A stretch of DNA of 62,329 nt, filler included, from Stramenopiles sp. TOSAG23-2 (lineage: Eukaryota), in NCBI GenBank assembly GCA_900128395.1. It is 5 parts of 5 records of this genome, joined end to end, with 100 filler letters (N's around TTAATTAATTAA, not from the genome) between each part and the next. Parts side by side here need not be neighbours in the genome. Positions count along the whole stretch, not along the records: positions 25,017 to 37,396 come from LT649859.1; positions 37,497 to 49,866 come from LT649860.1; 3 more parts are not named here. One strand, written 5' to 3'. The notes below the pieces were generated by a model. The model did not search any database. It saw only the letters and a program-made list of their open reading frames with translations, and had not been told where the DNA came from. The position numbers and the translations under genes are program-made. Below are positions 32,353-43,405 of the stretch, piece by piece (position 1 is the stretch's first letter; every line of letters begins with the position of its first letter).

Positions 32353-33168
32353 ACATCGTAGTCGAAGATACCTTTCAACTATAAAATTAGTCATTTGATA
32401 GGTGGACTCCACCGTGCCAATGCTGTATAGTGTTAATTTATATATTGCAAAAACTATCCCTACATTTCAAAGTATATCTTATTGTATTTATATCTTATTT
32501 ATATAAAGTATAATCGGTAATTATTAATATATAAATTTCATATAAATAGTAATATTAGTGATATCAAGTTGAATGCACCTACACTTGCACCTAAATGCAC
32601 CTACATCGATTACCATTAATTTTTTATGGAAAAGTTTTATCCCTATATGATTTTGAATCTTCTCTATATTAAGTACAGTATAATGTACACAATGGTGATA
32701 CATTAGCTAGTACTCTAGCACGCACGGAAAAAAGAAGGATAGCTATATCATATAAGAGCACAGCAGCAGCACAGCACCGGACAAGCAAGTGTTAGTCTAT
32801 CAACAGGACACAGCAGGAGGACAGCAGCAGGAGGACACAGCACACTACTAGGACGGAGTACAAATATGTTCCTTCCTTTTTGTATGACAAATAATAATGT
32901 ACTTCTTTCAGTTAGTCTTCTTGTGTGTTACAATACCATAGACTATGGTATACTTGTATGTACAATAATTAGCACATCGCACCATCTCCGTACATTTTTA
33001 TATTATTCATCACTTTTATAACAAGTTTATATACATATAAAACCACTTTATACAAACGAATCAATGGTACAAATAGAGAGACACATACATAAAGTACAAG
33101 AGAAATTAAATAATTACTGAAGAAGAGAAAGAACAACTACGATATTAACAACAACAAACTATAAAAAT

Positions 33169-33429
33169 ATGAGTAATATTAAATTTGATACACCACCAGG
33201 TGATGCACGTTTTCCAGGTATGAACCAAAACCACAGATGTTGGGTCAACTTTAATGAATATTTAATATGTATGAACGCTAATGGGGATGATGAAAGTAAA
33301 TGTCAACAAAGATTAAAAACATACCGATCCATCTGTCCAGCTGAATGGGTTGAAAATTGGAAAGAGCAAATTGAAGAGAACACATTCCCAGGAGTAACTT
33401 TCGGTAATGCTACTGAAGAACATCATTAA
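33169..33429 (+). CDS. COX6B: Cytochrome c oxidase subunit 6B
   Basis: DARFP..NQ...CW....EY..C........C......RSICP.EW..W twin-Cys pattern. Confidence 0.96.
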   Translation: MSNIKFDTPPGDARFPGMNQNHRCWVNFNEYLICMNANGDDESKCQQRLKTYRSICPAEWVENWKEQIEENTFPGVTFGNATEEHH

Positions 33430-33996
33430 GTTATTATATGTATATATATATAACGATGTTAGCTTTATAATATATATAAATATATATGATATATCGATAT
33501 AATGATCTGGTATGTATTATAATATATTATTAACAAAACAAGATATATAGGTTAAAAATAAGATTGGTATGCGATACCACTTGTATTTATTGTGTTTTTC
33601 GATTCTATATATATATATATGTATGTATGTATGAAAAATTAATATTCTATGAAGCGAGAAAGAGAGACTATAGATATATAAAAATAATATATGATATATA
33701 TATATATATATGTGTGCACAAAATACAAATTATGTATGATATAATAATTATAATCGCCTCCTGATACTTTAAATAATATGTCATTTAAGACATAATAATT
33801 GCGTCTCACATGGTACATACATCATTTAGAAAAAAGACAAAAAATATAATATACATACATATATATATATAAACAACACATTACACACACGCAACAACAT
33901 TATTAGATTGTGTTAATATCCTCCTTTGTGTTAAAACCCTGGCACTTCTCTCTCTTCTCTCCTCACCTTTTTTTTTTTTTTTCCTTTTTTTTTTTT

Positions 33997-34863
33997 TTAC
34001 TTCTTCAATAATGTATTTAAAGCACTACGTAAAAATTCAATTGCTTTATCTTTATCTTCCTCCTCTAAAGCTACTACTGCATATTGTGCTAATTCCTTTG
34101 CATCATGGATACTTCCAGGACGTAATCTATCACTAGTAAATTGAAGTTGTCCATTGTAATTATTGTTATTATTAAAAACAGGGACAACATTGTTGTTGTT
34201 CACAAATTGTGCCGTTGGCATGCCACTAGGTGCAGTTGGCAACGAATTGTTGTTATTATTTATTACATTGTTGTTGTTATTATTATTATTATTATTCATT
34301 TTTCCTTCATAATTATTATTATTATTATTATCATCAGCAACGACAGGTGCATTTTCACCACCAGGTGGACCAGGTGTTGGTTGGCGTCCCTCTTTGATAG
34401 CTTTTAAAATTTGACTGGTTTTAAATTTTGCATATTTCACCAATGGCGCAACTTCTTCAACATCTTCCGGACAATCATATTGATCCAAACATTGGAAAAA
34501 TATTGAAGAAGCAAAAAATGCTTTTGCTGTTTGGCGTGTTGCTTTACCTGCTCTATCCGTATTATCTGCACGTTTCCATATAGTTGTTGCAAAGCGTTTG
34601 ATAAATTCTGGCTCTTTCTTTTTCCATTCTTCAAACAATTCACTTGCAAGGTCGGATTTTTTTTTCGTTTCAATATCGTCCATCAATTCTATTATCAATT
34701 GCTTTAATTCTGCATCGTTTCCAACTTTTGGATATGATTTCATTACAAACGCACTTAAACAATAAATCGACATTAATTCCGCATCAGGTTGTTGTAATTT
34801 TCCTAATTGCATTGCTTGCAATAAATAATGTTTATATGGTTTTAATACCGCTGGAATATTCAT
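33997..34863 (-). CDS. VTA1: Vta1/LIP5 (Vps4 activator, ESCRT)
   Basis: MIT region AD..DRAG.A....AKAF.ASSIF, KYAKFK...I.KAIKEGRQPTPGPP, and C-terminal VSL AKELA.YA..AL..ED...AI..L. Confidence 0.92.
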   Translation of the reverse strand: MNIPAVLKPYKHYLLQAMQLGKLQQPDAELMSIYCLSAFVMKSYPKVGNDAELKQLIIELMDDIETKKKSDLASELFEEWKKKEPEFIKRFATTIWKRADNTDRAGKATRQTAKAFFASSIFFQCLDQYDCPEDVEEVAPLVKYAKFKTSQILKAIKEGRQPTPGPPGGENAPVVADDNNNNNNYEGKMNNNNNNNNNNVINNNNNSLPTAPSGMPTAQFVNNNNVVPVFNNNNNYNGQLQFTSDRLRPGSIHDAKELAQYAVVALEEEDKDKAIEFLRSALNTLLKK

Positions 34864-35875
34864 CTTGTGTGTGTGTGGTAGGGGGTGGTGTGTTCTTTTT
34901 TCGTATATCTGTAATGGCTATTTTGTATTCTTATTTTTTTCTATTTGATATATATATAGTGTACATATGTTTTTATAATGTGTGTGTGTGTGTATGTTGG
35001 TTCTACATTTTTCCTGTGCATATTAGTACTGTATATATATATTTTTATCATTTACTACAGAAAATATTATACAGAGTATAATAAAAGTAGTAATAGTATA
35101 GTATATGGTATAGTTAGTATTCCTATATATATTTTTTGTTATTCTAATTTCCCTATATTCAAGTATAATATTTAGTTGCACTTAGATTTATCATTTTTTG
35201 ATCATTATTTGATATGTCACACCACTACGTCTTTAATGCTATGTCTATATTGCGTACTTTAATGCTATGTCCCTGCTATATGTATGGTTCAGCTTTTTCT
35301 TCGCTAAATTATTAACCTTAACCCGTACAGTATATTATAGTTGTATACTAACCGTAGCACTATATCACACAGATGGTATTATTATGATATTATTATGCTA
35401 TCAAAAAAAACCTTATCTACATGATGATGATGCACTCACTAAACTTATTCCAGCATCATCAATGACAATGCCAGAATGTTGGAATGAATTCACATCATCT
35501 TTTCACCACATATTTTATTATTAGATTTATACATTTTATTATTACCTCATGGATTACATCAATACTTTTTTATAGAGATTGTTTCATCGTGAGAAGAGAG
35601 AGTTTAATCGCAACATACATATTCACAACGACAACAATATTATCTCAAAAAAAAAGAAAGATTTACAACAAATAACTTCATACACCCCACACATAATACA
35701 CATACAACTATTCTGATTTCATATAGTTACAAAAGATAAGATATTATTTTGTTGTGTTCAAAAAAAAATTAAAACATTATAATATCTCAATTTACTACGT
35801 AGAAAGAATTGTGAATAAATAATAATACAATAGCAAAAACAAAAACAAAATATATATATAATAATAGTAATAATA

Positions 35876-37246
35876 ATGTTTATGATAAAAAATATAAGTA
35901 GGAAAACAAGTGCACAATTAATTAAAAATATAAGTAGAAATAGAACATTTCTTACAACAACGATACCAAAATATGCAGATTATCCACCACATACAGTTGT
36001 TGGATTACCAGCATTATCACCAACCATGGAGGAAGGTACTGTACAAGGCTGGACGGTAGAAGTTGGTGGTGAAATTGAAGCTAGTGATATTGTATGCCAA
36101 ATTGAAACGGATAAAGCTGCGGTTGATTTTGAAGCAACGGATGATGGTTTCATGGCTTTGCATTTAGTAGAACCTGGCCATGCACCAATTCCAGTTGGAA
36201 CACCTATTATGATATTAGTAGAAGAGGAAGAAGATGTTGCTGCCTTTGCCAATGCAACTGCTAGTGAATTTGTATCGAAGGAAGCAGAGAAAGAAGAACC
36301 TGTAGCAGCTGTTAGCTCAACTCCACCACCTTCCACTCCCACACCCGTTGCAACTCCTGCGACTGCATCTCCAGCAAAAGTACCAGTTGTAAACACAGGC
36401 GAACGTGTCTTTGCATCGCCATTAGCACGTAGTATTGCACGTTCCAATGGCGTTGACATTAATCAAATGCAAGGGCAAGGTACAGGACCAAAAGGTCGTA
36501 TTTTAAAAGAAGATGTGGAACAATTTTTGGCTTCTGGTGGCGCCACTGCTACCGCTGGTGTTGATTTGTCTTTATCCCCGGAACAAATAGCAATCGCAGA
36601 TGCACTTACACAATCAAAACGCGAAGTTCCGCATTATTATTTAACAGTTGATTTGAACTTAGATCAATTACTTGAAATTCGTAATCATGCAAATCATGGC
36701 AATGATGAATTGGAAGTAAGTGTAAATGATTTTTTATTAAAAGCAGCTGCAAAAGCTATGAAAGCTGTACCAGATGTCAATGCATCATGGATGGGTAGTT
36801 ATATTCGTAATTATGATTATGTCGACATCAATGTCGTTGTTAGCAATGGAACAAATGGCACATGCATGCCAGTAGTGCGTGATGTTGATATATTAGGTTT
36901 GAGCAATATAGCAGAGACGACCCAAGCATTGTCACAAGCAGCTAGGAATGGAACATTATCTGCGGATGATTTAGATGTTGGTACATTTACGATGATGAAT
37001 GTTGGTGCATATGGAGTTAGGCAATTAGAAGCGATTGTACAACAACCACAATCATGTATTTTATCAATAGGAGCAGCAACGGAACAAGTAGTACCATCAA
37101 GTGAAGTTGGGAATTTATGGGATGTTTCTACAGTAGCATCTGCAACTTTAAGTTGTGATCATCGTGTTGTCGATGGTGCTGTAGGTGCAGCATGGTTAGG
37201 AGAATTCAAAACATTAGTAGAAAATCCATCAAAATTATTGTTGTAA
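35876..37246 (+). CDS. DLAT: Mitochondrial pyruvate dehydrogenase E2 (dihydrolipoamide acetyltransferase)-like
   Basis: Transit peptide; one lipoyl domain (PALSPTMEEG...ETDKA); E3/E1-binding domain (ASPLAR...GTGPKGRI); DHRVVDG. Confidence 0.9.
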   Translation: MFMIKNISRKTSAQLIKNISRNRTFLTTTIPKYADYPPHTVVGLPALSPTMEEGTVQGWTVEVGGEIEASDIVCQIETDKAAVDFEATDDGFMALHLVEPGHAPIPVGTPIMILVEEEEDVAAFANATASEFVSKEAEKEEPVAAVSSTPPPSTPTPVATPATASPAKVPVVNTGERVFASPLARSIARSNGVDINQMQGQGTGPKGRILKEDVEQFLASGGATATAGVDLSLSPEQIAIADALTQSKREVPHYYLTVDLNLDQLLEIRNHANHGNDELEVSVNDFLLKAAAKAMKAVPDVNASWMGSYIRNYDYVDINVVVSNGTNGTCMPVVRDVDILGLSNIAETTQALSQAARNGTLSADDLDVGTFTMMNVGAYGVRQLEAIVQQPQSCILSIGAATEQVVPSSEVGNLWDVSTVASATLSCDHRVVDGAVGAAWLGEFKTLVENPSKLLL

Positions 37247-37350
37247 AAAAATTTGTGCCTGAGGAGAGATAAAAAAAATACGGAGAGGAAGTATTTTTTT
37301 ACGTCACACGCAGTATATATTAATTTAATTTACGCATAATTTATTGTTTT

Positions 37351-37392
37351 AATTTACTCATGATAATTCCTACTCTTCAAAAGAATACAATA
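37351..37392 (+). repeat. Dispersed repeat family B, copy 1; contig 3 ends here
   Basis: aatttactcatgataattcctactcttcaaaagaataca is also found at 51819-51862 and 52036-52090. Confidence 0.85.
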
Positions 37393-37396
37393 TCAT

Positions 37397-37496
37397 NNNN
37401 NNNNNNNNNNNNNNNNNNNNNNNNNNNNNNNNNNNNNNNNTTAATTAATTAANNNNNNNNNNNNNNNNNNNNNNNNNNNNNNNNNNNNNNNNNNNN
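37397..37496. other. Artificial contig linker
   Basis: 44N-TTAATTAATTAA-44N. Confidence 0.99.
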
Positions 37497-37540
37497 GGTA
37501 TGTTTGATAAAGATGGCAATGGTTACATTATGGAACCTCT

Positions 37541-40500
37541 TTTAAAAGAATGTCACTGTACACTAAAGAAATATTGAACAAATATATAATTTATGGAAAT
37601 GTAAAAAATGATCAAGCAGCTAGTGCAGCTGGACAAGCTTTGTCTCCACATGTTTACGGAGTTGCAGCAAATGCATATCGGTCCATGTGCCAAAATATGG
37701 GTTCCAATGGCAACCAGTCCGTGTTAATTAGTGGAGAAAGTGGGGCTGGCAAAACCGTTTCGACAAAATATGTAATGCAATATTTAGCAACTGCTGGAAA
37801 TATGGCAGATAATACATTAATAAAGAATAAAAGTGGTGACAAAGCTAAGAGAAAAACATTAAAAGCACAAGAAGTCAACGCAGCTACTAAAGTTGCTCAA
37901 CAAATTTTACAATCGAATCCAATCTTAGAAGCATTTGGAAATGCAAGAACGCTTAGAAATGATAATTCGAGTCGTTTTGGTAAATTTATTAAAATGCATT
38001 TTAATAAAGAAGGCACTTTACAAGGTGCGACTATTCAGACATACTTACTAGAGAAAGTTCGTTTAGTGCATCAAAACATTGGGGAACGAAATTACCATGT
38101 TTTTTACCAAATGACAGCCGGTTGTAGCGATGAGGAAAGCGAATTATGGCAAGTATTCCCGCTTGAAGGTTGTAGATATACAAATCAAAGCGATTGTTAT
38201 GAACGTGCCGATGGCGTTGATGATGCAGATGAATGGAAAGCAATGCGAGAGGCTATGGATGTTATGAATTTTACTCCTGAGGAACAAAATTGTCTTTTTA
38301 CTACTACGTCTGCTATCATGCATCTTTCATGTGTAGAGTTTGTACCTTTAAATAAAGCTGGAAGCACAGGCGAAGAAGGGTCTAGAATAGGGCTGTATGA
38401 AGCAGCTGCAGCTGCAGCATCTTTATTAGAAGTATCCTCCGATGATATGGAGAGCGTATTATGCTCTCGCACTATTGAAGCTGGTAGACAGAAACATGTT
38501 GTGCCAAACTCAAAGGAAAGAGCTGAATATGCCAGGGATGCAATGGCAAAATGTATATATGGAAGAATGTTCGACTGGATAGTACGTCGTATTAATTCAG
38601 CTATTACTTCAAAGATCAGTAGATCAACTAGTTTCATCGGTATATTGGATATTTTTGGCTTTGAAGTTTTTGAATCGAATTCATTTGAGCAGTTATGCAT
38701 TAATTTCACAAATGAAGCATTACAACAGCAATTTAATCAATTTATGTTTAAACTTGAACAAAATATTTATGAACGGGAAGGCATAGATTGGTCTTTCATC
38801 GATTTTCCTGATAATGAAGAATGTCTATCCTTAATTGAAAGGAGTCGCACAGGTATTATTGCCATTCTGGACGAAACATGCATTTTCCCAAAAGGTGACG
38901 ATCCTATGTTTGCTCGTAAATTATATCAAAAATGCACTGACAGTTCCTGTTTTTCTGCTTCTAAACGAGAAGTTGTAGATAATCTATTTGCAGTGACTCA
39001 TTATGCTGGAAAAGTAGTCTACGATACGAATGGTTTTTGTGATAAAAATAAAGATAAATTGCATCAAGATGTATTAGATTTGTTAAAGGTGGCAGGTTTG
39101 CCTTTAATTAAAGAAATTTTTTCAGACAAATTTTTAGCACAAGCAGTTTCATCTTCTAAAAGGAAAGGTACTGGTGGTAGACGCAGCACATCCTCAACAC
39201 CAAGTCCAAGACGGGGTAGCAAATATTCTTCTATTAAAGCTGCAAGTACTGCTAGTCAATTTCGCAACCAATTAAATGAATTGATGGTTACCATTAATGA
39301 TACGGCTCCTCATTATATTAGATGTATTAAACCAAATGATGAAAATGAAGCTGATTTTTTTCATAGAAGCAGAATAGTGGATCAGTTACGATATGGTGGT
39401 GTGCTACAAGCAGTTCAAGTGGCACGCGCTGGATATCCATCTCGTCTAAAGCATAAAACATTCATATCAAAATATAAAATCTTATTGCCTAAACAGCCAA
39501 CATTTAAGAAAACCGAAATGAAGAGTGGGTGCAAAACAATATTGAGTCATATAGGAATCGAGGAGGAAGATGCTCAGATTGGAAAAACAAAAGTTTTCAT
39601 GCGAAAGAACGTCTACGAGCTACTAGAAGTCAGGCGAAGCAACAAGTTAAATAAATCTGCAGTTCAAATCCAATCAATTTATCGATGCTATGTCGCACGC
39701 AATGCTTTTGTAACGAAATTATATGCCGCGATTGTGATTGCATCATTTGCTCGAGGAATTAAAGCTAAAAAGAGAGTCAATGAATTGCGACAACTGTATG
39801 CATCTATATGCATTCAAAGCAAATTTCGTTCATATGTTTGCCGTGCGAAGTTTATGAGTGACCGACGAAAATGGATCTTAATTCAAAATATTTATCGATC
39901 AAAAGTTGCCAGATATAATGCCCGGCATTTACGTTTACAACGGTCATCGTATGTGCTACAGAAACAATTTAGAATGAGATTGCAAAGAAGGAAATTTAAA
40001 AAGCTAAGGAGTGCAATTACAGCAATATCATGTGCATTCCGTGTGAAAGCTGCTAAAAAGCTGCGCAAGAAATTATATAAAGAAGCGAAGGATGTTGGAA
40101 ATCTTCAAACTGAACTTGATGAATTGAAAAGAAAATTGAAGATGGCAGAGAACAAATCAAGCGATACTACGACTGAAGAAGTTGCAAATTTAGTTCAACG
40201 GTTAGAAGATGCGCAAAAGTCAAAGACTAAAGTTGAGGTGGAACTAGCAGGGCATATGGATAAAAATAGACGCCTTGTTAAAGAAATTGCTAAATTAACA
40301 ATGGAATTGAAGTCAGCAAAAGAAGCATTGGAGCAACTAAATGAGGAAAAAACCATGACAGATTCTTTAATAATTCAATTAAAAACGGAAAATGATGAAA
40401 ACATTAAGCATTGGGAAGTAGAAATAAACGATCTTGAACAGTCTAAAAGCGATATCACGGAAAAGTTGCAAAAAAAAAATGAAGAACAAGATGTGAAATT

Positions 40501-42004
40501 ACAAGATCTCTTAGGTAATATAGAGATGCTAAAAGAAGAGTTGAAAAATAAGAAAAGCAATTCACAGGAATTAGAAAAACATGAACAAGAGAAAAAAAAT
40601 CTTGAACTTAAAATGAAAAATATATTAAACGAGAAAGCACAAGAAATCGAAAATCTTTTAAATGAGCAACGCTTATTAAAAAATCAAGTCATAGAGTTAG
40701 AAAATGGCAAAAGTTTGTTTGAGCAAGAACAACAACAGGCAGAGGCAGCCAATAAAGCGAATGAATTAGAAATAAACAAATTACTAAATGACCAAAGAGC
40801 TTTAAAAGACCATATAATTGAGTTGGAAAATGATAAAAATGTTTCTCATTCGACTTCAACATTGACAAAATCATCATCCTCTGATATGGCTTCTATCACA
40901 CAGCAACTTGGTGGAAATGAAATCGAAAAATTAAAAAATGAATTGAAGGAGCTATATCTTACCAACGAAAAATTAAAACAACAAATAAAATATCCATCTG
41001 TTAAACAATTGTCAACTAGCGACAACATGGACAACAATGACGAAATAAATAAGTTAAGAAAAGATAATGAAGCATTAAAGTCTAAACTTTTGAAGTTTTC
41101 TAATAGTAAGAAAGGTAAAGGCTCAGCAAAAAATACAAGCATTGCAATTTCAACATCCATTAAGAGTAGTAGTAGTAGTAGTAATAGTAGTAGTATTAAT
41201 AATAATTCTGGTAGCACCACTAATAAAAACCAAGAAGAGGCTGAATATACAAATAAAATATCGGAGTTAGAAATGTACAATGAAGAGCTGAATAAGACAA
41301 ATAAAAGTTATGAAGAAAAAATTGAAGATTTGGAGGAGCAAATACAAAAACTCATTAACAAATATGGTAAAGGTGAGAAAGAATTTGATGCAAAAAACGA
41401 GAATGACGAAATTAGTAACGATTTTTTCCGATTGAAACAAGAGAACGAGGAATTACAAAATGCATTGGATGATACTAAATTTACGCTAGAAGCATTGCAA
41501 GTCAGCGAAAACGAAGAATCATTTTCATTGATGCAGGAAAAAAATGATATGGAAGAGGAAAATACACGTTTAAAATCGAAGGTGGAACAACTGGAAAACA
41601 CAATAAATGAATATAAAGAGAAGTACGAAGGCCAAGTACATATACCGATTGAAAAGCATATGAAAGTGACTGAATTATTAGATAGCCAATTAGCAAAAAA
41701 CCAAGAGCTAAGATCCTTACATGATACCTTATCATCATCTGACTTATTAAGTAAAGAAAAGGTCCAACAATTAGAAGATCAACTTCGTGAAGAAAAGAGG
41801 CAAGTTTCCATGCTAAAAAATAAATATGAAGATGAAGTTGGTTCAGTCAAAGCTCAATGCAAGGACTATGAAAAGAAAATTACATCTCAAGCAAAGAAGA
41901 TTGATGTGTTAAATGTCTTTAAAAAGAAATTATCATTACGATTGTCTACATTAGTCCGTGACAACAAAAGATTGAAAGTAGTTATCAATACAATCAATAA
42001 ATAA
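37541..42004 (+). CDS. Myosin heavy chain (5'-partial): motor domain, 6 IQ motifs, long coiled-coil tail
   Basis: GESGAGKT, EAFGNA.T.RNDNSSRFGK, DIFGFE, PHYIRCIKPN; six IQ-like repeats. The ORF begins inside the motor domain at FKRMSLY. Confidence 0.95.
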   Translation, partial: FKRMSLYTKEILNKYIIYGNVKNDQAASAAGQALSPHVYGVAANAYRSMCQNMGSNGNQSVLISGESGAGKTVSTKYVMQYLATAGNMADNTLIKNKSGDKAKRKTLKAQEVNAATKVAQQILQSNPILEAFGNARTLRNDNSSRFGKFIKMHFNKEGTLQGATIQTYLLEKVRLVHQNIGERNYHVFYQMTAGCSDEESELWQVFPLEGCRYTNQSDCYERADGVDDADEWKAMREAMDVMNFTPEEQNCLFTTTSAIMHLSCVEFVPLNKAGSTGEEGSRIGLYEAAAAAASLLEVSSDDMESVLCSRTIEAGRQKHVVPNSKERAEYARDAMAKCIYGRMFDWIVRRINSAITSKISRSTSFIGILDIFGFEVFESNSFEQLCINFTNEALQQQFNQFMFKLEQNIYEREGIDWSFIDFPDNEECLSLIERSRTGIIAILDETCIFPKGDDPMFARKLYQKCTDSSCFSASKREVVDNLFAVTHYAGKVVYDTNGFCDKNKDKLHQDVLDLLKVAGLPLIKEIFSDKFLAQAVSSSKRKGTGGRRSTSSTPSPRRGSKYSSIKAASTASQFRNQLNELMVTINDTAPHYIRCIKPNDENEADFFHRSRIVDQLRYGGVLQAVQVARAGYPSRLKHKTFISKYKILLPKQPTFKKTEMKSGCKTILSHIGIEEEDAQIGKTKVFMRKNVYELLEVRRSNKLNKSAVQIQSIYRCYVARNAFVTKLYAAIVIASFARGIKAKKRVNELRQLYASICIQSKFRSYVCRAKFMSDRRKWILIQNIYRSKVARYNARHLRLQRSSYVLQKQFRMRLQRRKFKKLRSAITAISCAFRVKAAKKLRKKLYKEAKDVGNLQTELDELKRKLKMAENKSSDTTTEEVANLVQRLEDAQKSKTKVEVELAGHMDKNRRLVKEIAKLTMELKSAKEALEQLNEEKTMTDSLIIQLKTENDENIKHWEVEINDLEQSKSDITEKLQKKNEEQDVKLQDLLGNIEMLKEELKNKKSNSQELEKHEQEKKNLELKMKNILNEKAQEIENLLNEQRLLKNQVIELENGKSLFEQEQQQAEAANKANELEINKLLNDQRALKDHIIELENDKNVSHSTSTLTKSSSSDMASITQQLGGNEIEKLKNELKELYLTNEKLKQQIKYPSVKQLSTSDNMDNNDEINKLRKDNEALKSKLLKFSNSKKGKGSAKNTSIAISTSIKSSSSSSNSSSINNNSGSTTNKNQEEAEYTNKISELEMYNEELNKTNKSYEEKIEDLEEQIQKLINKYGKGEKEFDAKNENDEISNDFFRLKQENEELQNALDDTKFTLEALQVSENEESFSLMQEKNDMEEENTRLKSKVEQLENTINEYKEKYEGQVHIPIEKHMKVTELLDSQLAKNQELRSLHDTLSSSDLLSKEKVQQLEDQLREEKRQVSMLKNKYEDEVGSVKAQCKDYEKKITSQAKKIDVLNVFKKKLSLRLSTLVRDNKRLKVVINTINK

Positions 42005-42280
42005 AGAATGAAGTCGCGAGTTTAAGTTAGGAGTGTACATAAAAACATTGTAATTGTTATTCGAATCCATAAAACCCAATAAATTAGTAGCTTCCTATCA
42101 AATTATGGTACGAGAAAGTAGTAGTACACTTTTTAGTAGTCCTCGTATAACTGTTGTTGTTGTTGTTTGTTTACAAAATAAATTTTATATAATATTATTA
42201 TAAAAAATATTATTATTGATAGTAGCACGAACAGCGAACCTAAATATATACGGCAATACATAGAAACGGTTTCATGTGAG

Positions 42281-42880
42281 ATGGCATTTAAAGCGCTATT
42301 GAGCAAAATATCAACTCCTATAAAACGCCATCCGTTCATTTTTGGTACTTTAATCGCAGGATGTAAATCCGGTGGAGTAGACGTGGGCATACAACATTTT
42401 GCAGAAGGTAAAAGTTGGGCAGAACATGATTGGAGAAGAAGTAAGGCGTTCTTTGTTTTTGGTTCAATATTTTGCGGGGCATGGCAATATGGATTGTTTG
42501 TGAAATTAATGCCAAGATTGTGTCCTGGTGCTTTAGAGTTTGCAGCGAAACCGTGGCGTCAAAAACTAGCAGACAAGCAAGGATTGAAAAATTTATTTTA
42601 TCAAAATTTTGTTGAAAATGGTATTAACAATCCTTTTTTACATTTCCCTATCTTTTACACAGTACAGGAATGGATAGCAAAGCGACCTCTTTCTGGCGGC
42701 ATTGAAAAATTTAAACAGAATTTTTGGGAGGATGTCCCACGTATATGGGCTATATGGGTACCAGCACAATTGTATAATTTTGGATTTTCACCTGCTTGGA
42801 TGCGAGTACCTTTTGTTGCGTTTGTATCTGCATTTTGGACTTGTATTCTGAGTGTCACTAGAGGAGAGATTGAAGAATAA
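42281..42880 (+). CDS. Mpv17/PMP22 family membrane protein
   Basis: HPF..G, DW.R...F..FG, W.IWVPAQ..NF..SP.W.RVPFV..VS..W..ILS. Confidence 0.92.
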   Translation: MAFKALLSKISTPIKRHPFIFGTLIAGCKSGGVDVGIQHFAEGKSWAEHDWRRSKAFFVFGSIFCGAWQYGLFVKLMPRLCPGALEFAAKPWRQKLADKQGLKNLFYQNFVENGINNPFLHFPIFYTVQEWIAKRPLSGGIEKFKQNFWEDVPRIWAIWVPAQLYNFGFSPAWMRVPFVAFVSAFWTCILSVTRGEIEE

Positions 42881-43339
42881 TATTTGTTTTTTTATATTGA
42901 TGGTTCAAATTATATAAAACAAAATGATGGTTTATAGAACATATATAAGGTGTACTCGTAGATAAGTCATCTAGTGCCTTGTGCGTGGATACTTAGTATT
43001 ATGCATTAAGTGCTTACCATTATTTAAAATGAAAGCTGCTGTTAGAAATATTTGCAGGTGCATTTGTTGTGTACATAAAATTTTCAAAATAATAAGAGTA
43101 TCACGCTTCATATAATGTTTTTAGGGTGAAAAATATTATAAAATAAAACGCCCTGTAGCCGGGCAAGCTAATAAACATGAGATATCATATCTCATATACT
43201 TCGTAAAATATATAAATATATCGTGTACGAAGTATATGTACTCTCTTGTGTACGATATATATATATATATTCGTACGATCGTGTGTACTTCGTATATTTT
43301 TACACAAAAATAATTTCTTTTGATTTTTGATATTAGGCA

Positions 43340-43381
<42 letters not shown>

Positions 43382-43405
43382 GCATCATTATATGAGTATA
43401 TAAAT

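Noticed and set aside
33564-35675. Short I/Y/C/V-rich ORFs in intergenic regions (also 8097-8330, 30769-31469, 43136-43409)
   Set aside because: They are translations of (TA)n/(TG)n microsatellite-rich non-coding DNA.
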